From Flavipsychrobacter stenotrophus (lineage in GTDB: Bacteria; Bacteroidota; Bacteroidia; Chitinophagales; Chitinophagaceae): a stretch of 54,860 bases of DNA. How positions within the stretch are numbered: the first letter of the stretch is position 1; every line of letters begins with the position of its first letter. This document shows positions 19,240 to 29,674 of the stretch, piece by piece. A model generated the notes under the pieces. That model ran no database searches. It was not told where the DNA came from and saw nothing but the letters and a program-made list of their open reading frames with translations. The stretch spans positions 1 through 54,860 of the forward strand of contig CAMDNC010000001.1 of NCBI GenBank assembly GCA_945902755.1, read 5' to 3'. The position numbers and the translations under genes were made by a program.

Positions 19240-19644
19240 TTATTGCTTTTTGCCCATCAATCTGTTCCGGTGTTCGGTACCCCATTTTCTAAGTGCACTT
19301 ATTACTGGTTTTAGCGATGTGGCGTAGGGTGTAAGTTCGTAGGTAACTGAGACGGGTATTGAGTCATAGACTGTTCGTTTTACAAGCTGGTGCATTTCTA
19401 GTTCCTTAAGTTCTTTTGATAGCATTTTAGGCGTAATTCCAATTTGCCGGTGTAGCTCTTTGAAGCGGCAATTACCGTATGTGAGCGCTATGATAATGGG
19501 GATTTTCCATTTGCCACTTAGCATATCCAGCGCATCTCTTACAGGTAGCAACTGTTTAGCGCATTCTGATTCGTTATGATTGCCTGGACATTTCTCCATT
19601 GAATCTTCAGAACAGTCTGGGTTGTTTAAATTGTTAGTAACCAT
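19240..19644 (-). CDS. HxlR-family winged-helix regulator
   Basis: ALDMLSGKWKIPII, ITPKMLSKELKELE and VTYELT. An alternative start lies at 19599. Confidence 0.92.
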   Translation of the reverse strand: MVTNNLNNPDCSEDSMEKCPGNHNESECAKQLLPVRDALDMLSGKWKIPIIIALTYGNCRFKELHRQIGITPKMLSKELKELEMHQLVKRTVYDSIPVSVTYELTPYATSLKPVISALRKWGTEHRNRLMGKKQ

Positions 19645-19667
19645 AGGTAGGTATCTTCGAGGAAACC

Positions 19668-19685
19668 GATATACAATAGTATATC
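19668..19685. promoter_or_regulatory. Putative HxlR operator palindrome
   Basis: GATATAC-AATA-GTATATC in the divergent hxlR/doxX gap. Confidence 0.55.
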
Positions 19686-19736
19686 AGTATCTAAAGTATA
19701 GCGAATGTACAGACTTTTGATGAAACTAAAAACGTT

Positions 19737-20099
19737 ATGAAAAAGAACAAGATTATTTTTTGGGTTTCCACTGGGTTATTATCAGGAATGATGCTGATGA
19801 GCGGCGGTCTGTACCTTTCTCAGAATCCCTCTATCACTGATGGATTAAAGACCTTAGGTTATCCGCCCTATATGCTCTATATTTTGGGGGTATCAAAGTT
19901 GTTGGCAGCTGCGGCATTGTTGCAGCCCATGTTTCCAAGATTGCGTGAGTGGGCATATGCCGGACTAACGTTTACTTTTTTAGGTGCTTTTATTTCGCAT
20001 GCGGCTACGTCTACTCCTTTTATCGCCCCGTTAGTTTTTACGGCAGTACTGGCTGTATCGTGGGTGTATAACAACCGTTTGCAATCAGCTATGGCTTAA
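19737..20099 (+). CDS. DoxX-like (DoxX_2) membrane protein
   Basis: LGYPPY, LREWAYAG and GAFISH motifs with 4 TM segments. Confidence 0.9.
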   Translation: MKKNKIIFWVSTGLLSGMMLMSGGLYLSQNPSITDGLKTLGYPPYMLYILGVSKLLAAAALLQPMFPRLREWAYAGLTFTFLGAFISHAATSTPFIAPLVFTAVLAVSWVYNNRLQSAMA

Positions 20100-20138
20100 G
20101 GCAACTTTTGCCGATTTTATTTCTTAACAAATGGGCTG

Positions 20139-21134
20139 CTATACAGGTAGCGGCTCATTTGTATAGCGATTTTCCACTTCCGATAAAATGTCTTCTATTT
20201 CGTTAATATCTTCCGTAGATACTAACCGTGTACGGTATTCTTTTACATGCGATAGCCCCTTTAAATAGCTAGCATAGTGGCGGCGCATTTCAAGTATGCC
20301 TAGTTTGTTACCTTTCCAAGAAATGGAGCCGTACAAGTGTTTGCGACATGCGTGAAGCCTTTCTGTTACAGTGGGTGATGCCAACGCTTCGCCTGTGGCC
20401 ATATAGTGTTTTATTTCACGAAATATCCAAGGGTAACCTATGGCTGCTCTGCCTATCATAATGCCGTCTACACCATATCTGTTGCGGTACTCTAATGCTT
20501 TTTGCGGTGTGTCAATATCGCCATTTCCGAAGATGGGTATATGTATTCTGGGGTTATTTTTTATTCTGCCTATTAATGTCCAATCAGCCTCACCTTTGTA
20601 AAGTTGCATTCGGGTGCGACCATGTATTGACACCGCTTGCACACCTATATCTTGCATACGCTCTACTACTTCTTCTATATTTTTACTGTCGTTGTCCCAA
20701 CCCAAACGGGTTTTGATGGTGACTGGCAAAGAAGTTTGGCGAATGCAGGCTGACGTCAGGCGTACCATTAGGTTGAGATCTTTGAGTACGGCTGCACCAG
20801 CACCCTTACAAACTACTTTTTTTACTGGGCACCCAAAGTTTATATCCAGCAGATCGGGCTGTGTTGCATCTACTATTTTAGCAGAAAGAGCCATTGCGTC
20901 TTCATCGCCGCCGAATATTTGTATACCAATTGGTTTTTCATAGTCGAAAATATCTAATTTCTGCCTGCTCTTTATTGCATCACGAATAAGACCTTCTGAA
21001 GATATGAATTCGGTATACATTAGGTCGGCACCGTGCTCTTTGCATACCGCACGGAATGGTGGGTCGCTCACGTCCTCCATAGGTGCTAGTAATAGCGGAA
21101 ACTCACCAAGTTCAATGTTTGCGATTTTTACCAT
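20139..21134 (-). CDS. dusB: tRNA dihydrouridine synthase B
   Basis: LAPMEDVSD, DINFGCP, IHGRTR, GNGDI and MIGRAAIGYPW. Confidence 0.95.
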   Translation of the reverse strand: MVKIANIELGEFPLLLAPMEDVSDPPFRAVCKEHGADLMYTEFISSEGLIRDAIKSRQKLDIFDYEKPIGIQIFGGDEDAMALSAKIVDATQPDLLDINFGCPVKKVVCKGAGAAVLKDLNLMVRLTSACIRQTSLPVTIKTRLGWDNDSKNIEEVVERMQDIGVQAVSIHGRTRMQLYKGEADWTLIGRIKNNPRIHIPIFGNGDIDTPQKALEYRNRYGVDGIMIGRAAIGYPWIFREIKHYMATGEALASPTVTERLHACRKHLYGSISWKGNKLGILEMRRHYASYLKGLSHVKEYRTRLVSTEDINEIEDILSEVENRYTNEPLPV

Positions 21135-21143
21135 TTCTTACCG

Positions 21144-21151
21144 CAAAGGTA
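21144..21151 (-). promoter_or_regulatory. -7 box for dusB
   Basis: TACCTTTG, 9 nt from the ATG. Confidence 0.6.
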
Positions 21152-21301
21152 TGATTACTATTCTCAATTTCCTGCCATCATCGATTGGATTTGCTGGATT
21201 GCTATTTTATTGAATGATATTCTGTATTTATTTTCATCGTTGAACAGTTTATGTTTCTCCAAACAAAGACGTTCAAATATTTTTAAATTGATGGATCAAT
21301 G

Positions 21302-21341
21302 AAAAAAAGGGCTGACTCGTTATATTAAGTCAGCCCTTTTT
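21302..21341 (-). terminator. Terminator of the 2186-aa adhesin gene
   Basis: AAAAAAAGGGCTGACT-10 nt-AGTCAGCCCTTTTT. Confidence 0.85.
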
Positions 21342-21363
21342 GTTTTCTATGTATTGTTTGAAA

Positions 21364-24300
21364 CTATCTGTTTACCACAAACTGAATTGATTTACGGTCG
21401 CTTCCAGATGTAATATTCAAGATATACATACCATTAGCAAGTGTGTTATTAAGATCAACACTTTCATTGATAGTACCGTTAGTAATGGTTGCATTACCGT
21501 TGTACACTATTTGTCCCAACATGTTGGTTACTTCAAGTGTTACCGTTTCGTTGCCATTGATGCTAACAGCGCCTTTGATGACAAATGAACCACTATTTGG
21601 GTTGGGCACCAATACTATGTTGCCACCAAATATGGTTGTAACTATACCATTAGTAGGTGTTACAGTAACGATAACAGTGTTGAGCGAAGCTACTCCGCAA
21701 AGACCGCTGCCTGTGACCAAACATGTTATAGAATCGCCATTGGCAAGGTTGGTAGTAGTGTAGGTATTCAAAGTAGCACCTGGTATTGCAGCACCATTTT
21801 TCAACCAGATATAGGTTGGTGTCGGACCTGCGTTAGTAACAGCTGCACTGAAAGTGATTGATTCACCAGTTTTGATTGTGAGTCCAGGATTTGCTGTAAT
21901 AGTTACAACTGGAGTGTAAACGTCATCAACATTCATTGTTATTGCATTGCTCATTACATTATCGCTAGCAAGACAGGCATAGTTACTATTCAATTGACAC
22001 GTGATCACATCGTTGTCATTTGGAGCGTAAGAAAGCGAAGCGGTTGTACCCATTGGGGTTGTTCCGTTTTTCATCCAAGTATAGGCTGGTGCAGAACCAC
22101 CAAAGGTTGTGGTGGCAGCAAATGTTGCAAATGAACCTTTACAGATACTGTTGGACGGTGTGACGTTAACTATTATTGTTGGATTTTCATTAGCAGTTAC
22201 AGTCATAGCTATGTTATCAGTAACAGCGGCAGGAGCAGCACAAGTAGCATTGCTAGTCAGTTTTACGCTTATTATATCACCGTTAGCGGGTGTATAAGCA
22301 TAAGTGCCTGTAGTAGATGATACCAATGTGCCATTAACTCTCCACTCATAAGCTGGCGCAGAGCCACCATTTGCAATAACTGCAGTGAAGTTAACTGCAG
22401 TACCATTACACAAAACCGTTCCGTTGTCGGCAGTAACATCAACTGTGGGTATTACAACTGGGGTGATGCCAACTGTAGCAGTGCCTGTCATGTTCCTATT
22501 GCAGCCAGAAGCAGTGGTAGCTATTACGGAGTAAGTACCAGCAGCAGTGAAAGAACCAAAGAACAGTGGAGCGCCAGTACCTATAAATGAACCCGCCAAA
22601 GTAGTGCTGTTATACAAACGATATGTAGTGAATGCTGCTGAGCCATCAAGGTTGATATTAACACCTGCTCCACCTGCGCAATAGTTGCCGCCACCAGAGA
22701 TAGCTTGCACACTAGGCAATGCATTTACTGCCATATTAGTTGTTCTGAAACAACCTGTAGGTAGAGCGTAAGTAACTATAACACTACCAGCACTTACTCC
22801 ATTTATAGTGCCGCTTGCATCAATAGAAGCTATGGAGGTAGCGCTGCTGCTCCAAGAACCGCCAGTCAATGTATTGGTCAACACTGTAGAAGAACCTTCG
22901 CATACCGCTGAAGCACCAGAAATGTAAGATGGCTGTGGATTAACTGTAAGAACCGTTCTGCTCATACAGCCAGTAGGCATAACGTAAGATATAACAGAAA
23001 CGCCAGCTGATGAAGTAGTCACCTCTCCTGATACAATACCAATTGATGCCACCAAAGTACTTCCACTTGCCCAAACACCTCCTGTAGAAGTAGTGGCAAG
23101 AGTAGTAGTTCCACCATTGCAAACCTGAGTTGTTCCTGTAATTGCGGCAGGTGTAGGATTTACTATTATATTTTTGGTGCGCATACATCCTGTAGGAAGT
23201 GTGTAGCTGATGAGAACAACACCTGAAGCAATACCAGTTACTGCACCAGTAGCTGCATTAACCGTAGCCAGAGGGCTGCTGTTGCTACTCCAAGTACCAC
23301 CTGACATTGTGTTGGTGAGTGTAATCTGATTTCCTTCACATACTTCGCTTTCGCCAAAGATGTTTGAAGGTAAAGGATTTACAACTATAGTTCTCGTGCG
23401 GCTACAGCCTGTACCTAAAGTATACGTAACAACAGAGGTGCCAGCAGAAGAACCACTCACATCGCCAGCAGCAGAAACTGTTGCAACTGAGGAGGATATA
23501 CTCCAAACACCGCCTGCAGTAGCGGAGCTAAGTGTTGTAGTATTGCCAACGCATACACTAGTAGTGCCCGTGATAGCAGCAGGAAGAGGATTAACCGCAA
23601 TTGCGGCTGTGCGCACGCAGCCAGTAGGTAAAGTATAATTGACATTTGCTGAACCTGTTGCAATTCCAGAAATAACACCAACTGAATTTACAGTAAGAAC
23701 AGACGTATTTGAGCTGCTCCAGGTACCACCACTAGTAGCATTTGCAAGACCAGAAAGTTGACCCTGACAAACACTAGAGCTACCTGTAATAGCAGAAGGT
23801 AGTGGATTAACCATTACCGTAGTCGTTTTGCGACAACCAGTAAGTAATTCATAAGTGACTATTGTAGTGCCAGCAGCGATACCTGTGATCGTTCCAGCAG
23901 CATCGATAGAAGCACCTGTACCTACACTCCAGTTACCGCCAGAAGTTGCATTTGTAAGCGTAGTACTACCTCCGACGCATACACTGCTGCTGCCAGCGAT
24001 ATTTGCAGGAAGCGGATTCACTGCTATAACTGCTGTGTTGCGGCAAGACGTGGGTAAGGTATAAGTTATGGTTGCAGAACCTGTAGTAACGCCAGTAACA
24101 GTACCGGTTGAGTTTACAGTAGCTACAGAAGTAGTACCGCTGCTCCATGTACCACCGCTTGTAGCACTGCTAAGTGACGTAGTGCTGCCCAAGCAAACAT
24201 CTGAACTTCCAGTAATGTTCGCAGGAAGTGCATTTACATTGATATTTGCTACGCGCATACAACCAGTAGGTAAAGTATAGGTGATAGCAGATGTACCAGC

Positions 24301-27300
24301 AGAAAAACCAGTTACCACGCCAGATGCAGTTATACCTGCTACTGAAAGGTCGCCAGACTCCCAAGTACCACCAGTAGTAACATTGCTGAGTGTGATTGTA
24401 TTATTTACACAAACGTTGCTAGCACCAGTAATCGCAGCAGGCAATGGATTAACTACCATTGCAATGCCAGTACGGCAACCATTAGGCGCTGTGTAAGAAA
24501 TGTTAGATACACCAGCACTCAAACCACTTACTACACCACCGGAATTTACAGTTGCTGTAGAAGCAGCACTTGTCGACCATGTACCACCAGTAGTTGTGTT
24601 GCTGAGGGTAGTAGTAAGACCAACACAAACTTGGGTAGATCCCGAAATATTAGCTGGTAATGGATTAACCGCAATTGTTCTGGTGCGATAACATCCATTG
24701 CTTAACGTATAGCTGATAGCAACGTTGCCAGCGCTAACACCTGAAACACTACCCGTGCCAGTTACAGTAGCTATAGCAGCAGACTCAGTCGACCAAGTAC
24801 CACCGGATGTGCTGTTGGTAAGGGTGGTAGAACTGTTAACACACAAAGTAGATATGCCAAGTATGCTTGCAGGTAATGGATTAACAACAATAGTATTCAT
24901 TGTATTACAGCCAGTAGGCAACGTGTAAGTTACAATTGCAGTACCAGCAGTACCAGCAGTAACCACACCACTTGCATCTATCGACGCAGTAGATGGAACA
25001 CTGGTAGCCCAAGTACCACCAGCTGTAGCATTGGATAATGATGTAGACTGACCAGAGCATACTGTAAGACTACCTGATATTGAAGAAGGCAGCGCGTTAA
25101 CTAATACATTCTGTGTGCGACGACAACCGTTTGCTAGTTCGTAAGTAATCATAGCAGCACCTGCAGATACACCAGATACTGCACCCGTTGCACTTACTGT
25201 AGCTACACCTGGAGCATCTGAAATCCAAACACCACCACTTGTAACACTGGAAAGTGTAGTATTTTGTCCTTGACAAACAACGTTAGAGCCAGTAATACTA
25301 GCCGGTAGCGTATTTACAGTTACAGTAGTGGTTGTACGACAGCCAGTGGGCAATGTATACGTGATTCTTGCCGTTCCAGTAGCAACTCCAAGCACCTCGC
25401 CAGAGGTATTAACTGAAGCAACCGCAGTATTACTGCTCATCCATGTGCCACCCGCATCAGCATTGCCAAGCAATGTAGTGCTGTTTTGACAAACGGTAAC
25501 TGTACCAGTTATTGCAGCTGGTAAAGGATTAACAATGAAGCTTGCTGTTGTGCGGCAACCAGTAGGTAGTGTATAAGAAATTGTTGTTGCACCTGAGGCA
25601 GCGGCTAATACTAAACCAGAAGCGTCAATTGTAGCTACCGATGAATTGCTGCTTGCCCATGTACCACCTGGAGTAGTATTAGATAAAGCGCCTAATGTAC
25701 CTTGACATGTAGACAAGCTACCAGATATAGAAGCAGGCAGTGTGTTTACTGTCACATTAATGGTAGAGGTACAACCTTCAGAAGAAGTATAAACTATTGG
25801 AGCAGTACCAGCGGTAACACCAGTTACATTACCAGAAGTAACACCTACAGTAGCGTTAGAGGAAGTACTGCTCCATGTGCCACCTGCTAAGGTGTTGGAA
25901 AGAGTTGTAGTGCCGGATTCGCAAACAGAGGCAGTGCCTAATATTGCAGATGGTACTGGATTAACAGTTGCTACCGTAGTAGTAACACAACCTGACGGCA
26001 ATGTGTAGGTAATTCCAGTTTGACCAACGGTATTACCAGTTATAGTACCAGAACTGTTGATAGAAGCAATAGTTGAGTTATCGCTACTCCACACACCACC
26101 ACCAATTGGGTGACTAACTGTAGATGTTAATCCCAGACATACAGCAGCAGAACCACTTATTGGTGCTGGAGAACTAGCTACATTTAGTATTTTGGTTTTG
26201 ATACATCCCAAAGGTGAAGTGTATGTGATAGTTGTAACACCAGCAGTAGCGGGTGTGACAACACCAGTAGCTAGGTTGACAAAAGCAACAGATGTATTGC
26301 TGCTTAACCATGTTCCACCAGTTGTTGCATTAGTCATTGTGCTGTTTGTACCAACACAAGTAGAGGAAACACCAACAATATCTGCAGGGAGTGGGTTTAC
26401 ATTTACTGTTATAAGATCAGTTGTCGTGCAACCTAAAGTGTTAGTTGCTGTGACGTTGTATTGATTGGTGCCAACTGCAGCAGGAGTTATTACAGGAGAC
26501 GCACAAGAACTACAGGATAAACCTGACGCACCAGCTAAGCCTGTCCATGCAAATGTTGCACCAGTAGCTACAGCTGTAAAAGTAGCACCAGTGTTGAAGC
26601 AGATGGTAGTAGTAGAAGAAGGTGAAACGCCTAAAACTGGCACAGGATTTACATTCATACTTCTGGTTGATGAACAACCATTGGAGAATGTGTAAGAAAC
26701 GGTGACTGGACCAACAGTAACACCAGTAACTGAGCCTGTAGCGTCTACTGTTGCATTTGACGAACTGCTAGACCAAGTACCACCAGTTGAAGTGTTTGTA
26801 AGCGCAACAGTAGTGCCCAAACAAACCGCTGCAGGACCAGAAATAGGGTTTGGTGTTGCGTTTACGGTAGCAGAAGTTGTGTATGTTCTAGTACACCCTG
26901 CGCCTGTTCCATTATTTACATTCAGTACGTATGTTCCAGTGGCCGCAGTAGTAGCTCCAGTTACAGATGCTGATGCAGCTGTAGCGCCAGTAATTGATGC
27001 TGGTCCTGTCCATGAATATCCTGTAACACTCGTCGCTCCTGTAGCATTCAATGTAAGCGTATTTCCTGAGCATATTGGCGAACTTGCAGTTATTCCAGAT
27101 ATTGAAGGCGCTGCGTTGATAGTTATTGTTGTTATTGAGTTACATGAAGAGCCAGTAGAATAGGTGATCAAAGCGGTACCTGTACTTATTCCAGTTACAA
27201 TACCCGATGTTGAACCAACTGTGGCATTAGACGAACTACTGCTCCATGTACCACCAGCAAGTGTGTTACTAAGTGTAGCATTACCACCTACACAGTATGT

Positions 27301-27924
27301 AGTAGTACCAGTGTTAGCTGGAGGAACAGTGCACAATGCAATAATATTAACTCTATAGTCAGTTACAGTCCCTGACCAATACTGGGGGTTGGTGGAAAGA
27401 TATTGAATCGCGCACGGGTCACAGTTGGCAGGTGCAGTACCAATAGATGTGGAATTGACTTGCCATATAGCTCTAATGCGCATTCTGTGAAAGCCCGGTG
27501 ACGCAGTCAGTGGTATGGTAATTGTGAATGCTTGAGGATTTGTGGTTGATAATGAACTGGGAGATACTGGACAAACTTGCTCTGAGACAGAAAAGTTACC
27601 ATCATCGTTGAAATCTATCCATGTTTGTAAAAACTGATTTCCGTAAAATGGACTCCAAGTTATGTTTGCTGAATAGGCATCTCCTTGTCTTAAGTTTAAT
27701 GTAGTAATCGTAGCTATTCTGTCAGCATAACCCACACTATTAGATGCAGCCTGAATAGCTGCGTCTGAAAGGTTAGAGCCAGAGAAGCCAGTGACATTAA
27801 ATGTAGCCGCACCTCCACTTGGACTAGGTGCATACCAAGTTGGTGTAGTGCATGCTGCAGCTGCTTGTGAGTATCCTGAATAGCTATAAAGGCACAGCAC
27901 AATAAAGAGACAAATTTTTTTCAT
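21364..27924 (-). CDS. 2186-aa T9SS-secreted adhesin-like protein (N-terminal GEVED-like domain, about 19 Big_2-like repeats, Ig-like modules, type A CTD)
   Basis: Signal peptide ending GYS-Q. GEVED-like WIDFNDDGNF...HRMRIR...GTVTDYRV. Repeats of about 72 aa reading C-x-G...G[TV]WSS...TYTLPTGC. CTD LVPNPNSG...NMLGQ...LANGMYILNI...FVVNR. Confidence 0.95.
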   Translation of the reverse strand: MKKICLFIVLCLYSYSGYSQAAAACTTPTWYAPSPSGGAATFNVTGFSGSNLSDAAIQAASNSVGYADRIATITTLNLRQGDAYSANITWSPFYGNQFLQTWIDFNDDGNFSVSEQVCPVSPSSLSTTNPQAFTITIPLTASPGFHRMRIRAIWQVNSTSIGTAPANCDPCAIQYLSTNPQYWSGTVTDYRVNIIALCTVPPANTGTTTYCVGGNATLSNTLAGGTWSSSSSNATVGSTSGIVTGISTGTALITYSTGSSCNSITTITINAAPSISGITASSPICSGNTLTLNATGATSVTGYSWTGPASITGATAASASVTGATTAATGTYVLNVNNGTGAGCTRTYTTSATVNATPNPISGPAAVCLGTTVALTNTSTGGTWSSSSSNATVDATGSVTGVTVGPVTVSYTFSNGCSSTRSMNVNPVPVLGVSPSSTTTICFNTGATFTAVATGATFAWTGLAGASGLSCSSCASPVITPAAVGTNQYNVTATNTLGCTTTDLITVNVNPLPADIVGVSSTCVGTNSTMTNATTGGTWLSSNTSVAFVNLATGVVTPATAGVTTITYTSPLGCIKTKILNVASSPAPISGSAAVCLGLTSTVSHPIGGGVWSSDNSTIASINSSGTITGNTVGQTGITYTLPSGCVTTTVATVNPVPSAILGTASVCESGTTTLSNTLAGGTWSSTSSNATVGVTSGNVTGVTAGTAPIVYTSSEGCTSTINVTVNTLPASISGSLSTCQGTLGALSNTTPGGTWASSNSSVATIDASGLVLAAASGATTISYTLPTGCRTTASFIVNPLPAAITGTVTVCQNSTTLLGNADAGGTWMSSNTAVASVNTSGEVLGVATGTARITYTLPTGCRTTTTVTVNTLPASITGSNVVCQGQNTTLSSVTSGGVWISDAPGVATVSATGAVSGVSAGAAMITYELANGCRRTQNVLVNALPSSISGSLTVCSGQSTSLSNATAGGTWATSVPSTASIDASGVVTAGTAGTAIVTYTLPTGCNTMNTIVVNPLPASILGISTLCVNSSTTLTNSTSGGTWSTESAAIATVTGTGSVSGVSAGNVAISYTLSNGCYRTRTIAVNPLPANISGSTQVCVGLTTTLSNTTTGGTWSTSAASTATVNSGGVVSGLSAGVSNISYTAPNGCRTGIAMVVNPLPAAITGASNVCVNNTITLSNVTTGGTWESGDLSVAGITASGVVTGFSAGTSAITYTLPTGCMRVANINVNALPANITGSSDVCLGSTTSLSSATSGGTWSSGTTSVATVNSTGTVTGVTTGSATITYTLPTSCRNTAVIAVNPLPANIAGSSSVCVGGSTTLTNATSGGNWSVGTGASIDAAGTITGIAAGTTIVTYELLTGCRKTTTVMVNPLPSAITGSSSVCQGQLSGLANATSGGTWSSSNTSVLTVNSVGVISGIATGSANVNYTLPTGCVRTAAIAVNPLPAAITGTTSVCVGNTTTLSSATAGGVWSISSSVATVSAAGDVSGSSAGTSVVTYTLGTGCSRTRTIVVNPLPSNIFGESEVCEGNQITLTNTMSGGTWSSNSSPLATVNAATGAVTGIASGVVLISYTLPTGCMRTKNIIVNPTPAAITGTTQVCNGGTTTLATTSTGGVWASGSTLVASIGIVSGEVTTSSAGVSVISYVMPTGCMSRTVLTVNPQPSYISGASAVCEGSSTVLTNTLTGGSWSSSATSIASIDASGTINGVSAGSVIVTYALPTGCFRTTNMAVNALPSVQAISGGGNYCAGGAGVNINLDGSAAFTTYRLYNSTTLAGSFIGTGAPLFFGSFTAAGTYSVIATTASGCNRNMTGTATVGITPVVIPTVDVTADNGTVLCNGTAVNFTAVIANGGSAPAYEWRVNGTLVSSTTGTYAYTPANGDIISVKLTSNATCAAPAAVTDNIAMTVTANENPTIIVNVTPSNSICKGSFATFAATTTFGGSAPAYTWMKNGTTPMGTTASLSYAPNDNDVITCQLNSNYACLASDNVMSNAITMNVDDVYTPVVTITANPGLTIKTGESITFSAAVTNAGPTPTYIWLKNGAAIPGATLNTYTTTNLANGDSITCLVTGSGLCGVASLNTVIVTVTPTNGIVTTIFGGNIVLVPNPNSGSFVIKGAVSINGNETVTLEVTNMLGQIVYNGNATITNGTINESVDLNNTLANGMYILNITSGSDRKSIQFVVNR

Positions 27925-28455
27925 TTTTTAACGAATTTAAAGTGAAAACTATTATTAGCTTTAGTTGATAATGTAACTTCCAGAAGAAATTATTTTCTCT
28001 AAAGTTATAAAAACATTAACTAAAAGTACGTGCCTTTGACAGTATTTATTTTCTGTAAAGAATCAGTTTCATTTTTTATGTTAAGGATTATCATTTTTAT
28101 TGGCTATTAGTTAATCTTATTCTTTTTCTGACTTCAATTGAAATCGCCTTGTCATTCTTTTCGCTTAAATATTACTTCTTCAGTCAATAATCTTTCAAAG
28201 AAAAAAAATGCCAGACTTTATTGATTTAGATCCTTAAAAAAATATCCAGCATTTGAATGCATCTTTCGATATTTTTCATCTAAATAATAGATGTCGATTT
28301 TGAAGTTACAGTGTTTAAAAAGTTTATAGTTTATTAGGTGATTGTTTTTTATCCGAAAATTGTCCATTGCTGATACAATACGATATTTTGGATTAGTTCT
28401 GAAATTTTTACGCATATTACTATCGCATTCATCTAAGCACTATTTTTGCTACAAT

Positions 28456-28956
28456 ATGTTACAACTAATAGTAAACCAGAAAGGTCGTTTTTCTGTAGAA
28501 AAAAGGGAAGACATTACTTATGTGAATGGTGAAGCAACCAATGCAGATATATCAGAGCTGTCAAACGGGCTCATCAGTGTGTTGCATAAAGGTAAGAGTT
28601 ATACCGGCATACTAGAAAAAATTGACTTTACAAATAAAGAAGTAACGGTAGCTGTAAATGGCCAGCAGTACGTAACTGCTATAAAAGAACCTATTGATCA
28701 GCTTCTCAGTAATATGGGGCTAGATTTGAAAGCTATGCTAAAGGCCGAACCTGTGAAAGCGCCAATGCCTGGTCTCGTATTGAAAATGCTAGTCACACCA
28801 GGGCAACACGTCAACAAAGGTGATGCTCTGATGATACTAGAGGCAATGAAAATGGAAAATGTGCTCAAGGCAAATGCCGCTGGTGTGGTGAAGGCTGTAA
28901 AAGTAGCTGAAAGAACCGCGGTAGAGAAGGGGGCAATACTCATTGAAATGGAGTAA
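28456..28956 (+). CDS. Biotin carboxyl carrier protein (acyl-CoA carboxylase subunit)
   Basis: KAPMPG and EAMKM biotinylation motifs. ATG 28456 is preferred over the track's TTG 28342. Confidence 0.92.
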   Translation: MLQLIVNQKGRFSVEKREDITYVNGEATNADISELSNGLISVLHKGKSYTGILEKIDFTNKEVTVAVNGQQYVTAIKEPIDQLLSNMGLDLKAMLKAEPVKAPMPGLVLKMLVTPGQHVNKGDALMILEAMKMENVLKANAAGVVKAVKVAERTAVEKGAILIEME

Positions 28957-29012
28957 TTTGCTAGCTATCAGAAACTAGTTATAAAAAGTAGGGTAGTGCA
29001 AATCAATTCATT

Positions 29013-29558
29013 ATGCTGAAAAGTAGTTACGGAGTTTGTTTATTGGGGTTGTCTGTCTTGCTTTATTCTTGCAAGGATGTAAAGCAGCAAAAATTGTTGG
29101 GTAAATGGCAGTCGGAAAAGATTGAAAATCGCAACAAAGATGATTTTTTCAGCAATAGTCGAATTTTTATCGATACCATGGGCAATGGCAATACAGAACA
29201 GGTGAACTTGCAACTGTATGGTGTCGCAAATGTAGACAGCTTGCGAAGTATTCTCAAACGACAGTTTGATAGTGCTTACACGGTGCAGCAAGCCATTGAC
29301 ACTCAAAGTATATTTACGTTCAATGAAGACGGAAGTATGTTGCTGAGATTCCCTGGTAGGGAAGAAACCGGTAAGTGGACAATAGACAAAACAGGGAGGC
29401 TAATACTCGATGAAACAAATGAAATGGGGCAAACAGAACGTGTCAACGTAGAACTGACAAGCGTAAGTGAAACTAAACTAGTGTTAACATTTGTTAGGAA
29501 GACAGAACAAGGTGATTTGGATACTTCTAAAGTTACATTCAGGAGAAGCGGAAAATAG
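29013..29558 (+). CDS. Lipoprotein with a lipocalin-like beta-barrel signature
   Basis: Lipobox LLYSC, plus LLGKW and TGKWTI...LTSVSETKLVL patterns. Confidence 0.7.
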   Translation: MLKSSYGVCLLGLSVLLYSCKDVKQQKLLGKWQSEKIENRNKDDFFSNSRIFIDTMGNGNTEQVNLQLYGVANVDSLRSILKRQFDSAYTVQQAIDTQSIFTFNEDGSMLLRFPGREETGKWTIDKTGRLILDETNEMGQTERVNVELTSVSETKLVLTFVRKTEQGDLDTSKVTFRRSGK

Positions 29559-29569
29559 GTTACTTATAT

Positions 29570-29577
29570 TATATTTG
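29570..29577 (+). promoter_or_regulatory. -7 box upstream of pdhB
   Basis: TATATTTG. Confidence 0.5.
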
Positions 29578-29674
29578 CACGCCGGAAACGAAATCTGAAA
29601 ATCTAAAAAGTACAATTTAGGTTGGTTTTTTTGTTTACCGAAATAATCGAAACAATCATTTTTATATAATATTT

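Noticed and set aside
21443-27358. Similar + strand ORFs opposite the 2186-aa gene
   Set aside because: Same antisense artefact.
1-27924. Periodic 'ctgctccatgt(a/t)ccacc'-like DNA motifs that could suggest a CRISPR or ncRNA array
   Set aside because: They encode the GGTWSS peptide of protein repeats, vary at wobble positions, have a period of about 215 nt, and no cas genes are present.
28218-28415. 65-aa ORF upstream of the second adhesin
   Set aside because: AT-rich intergenic composition with no motif or supporting signals.
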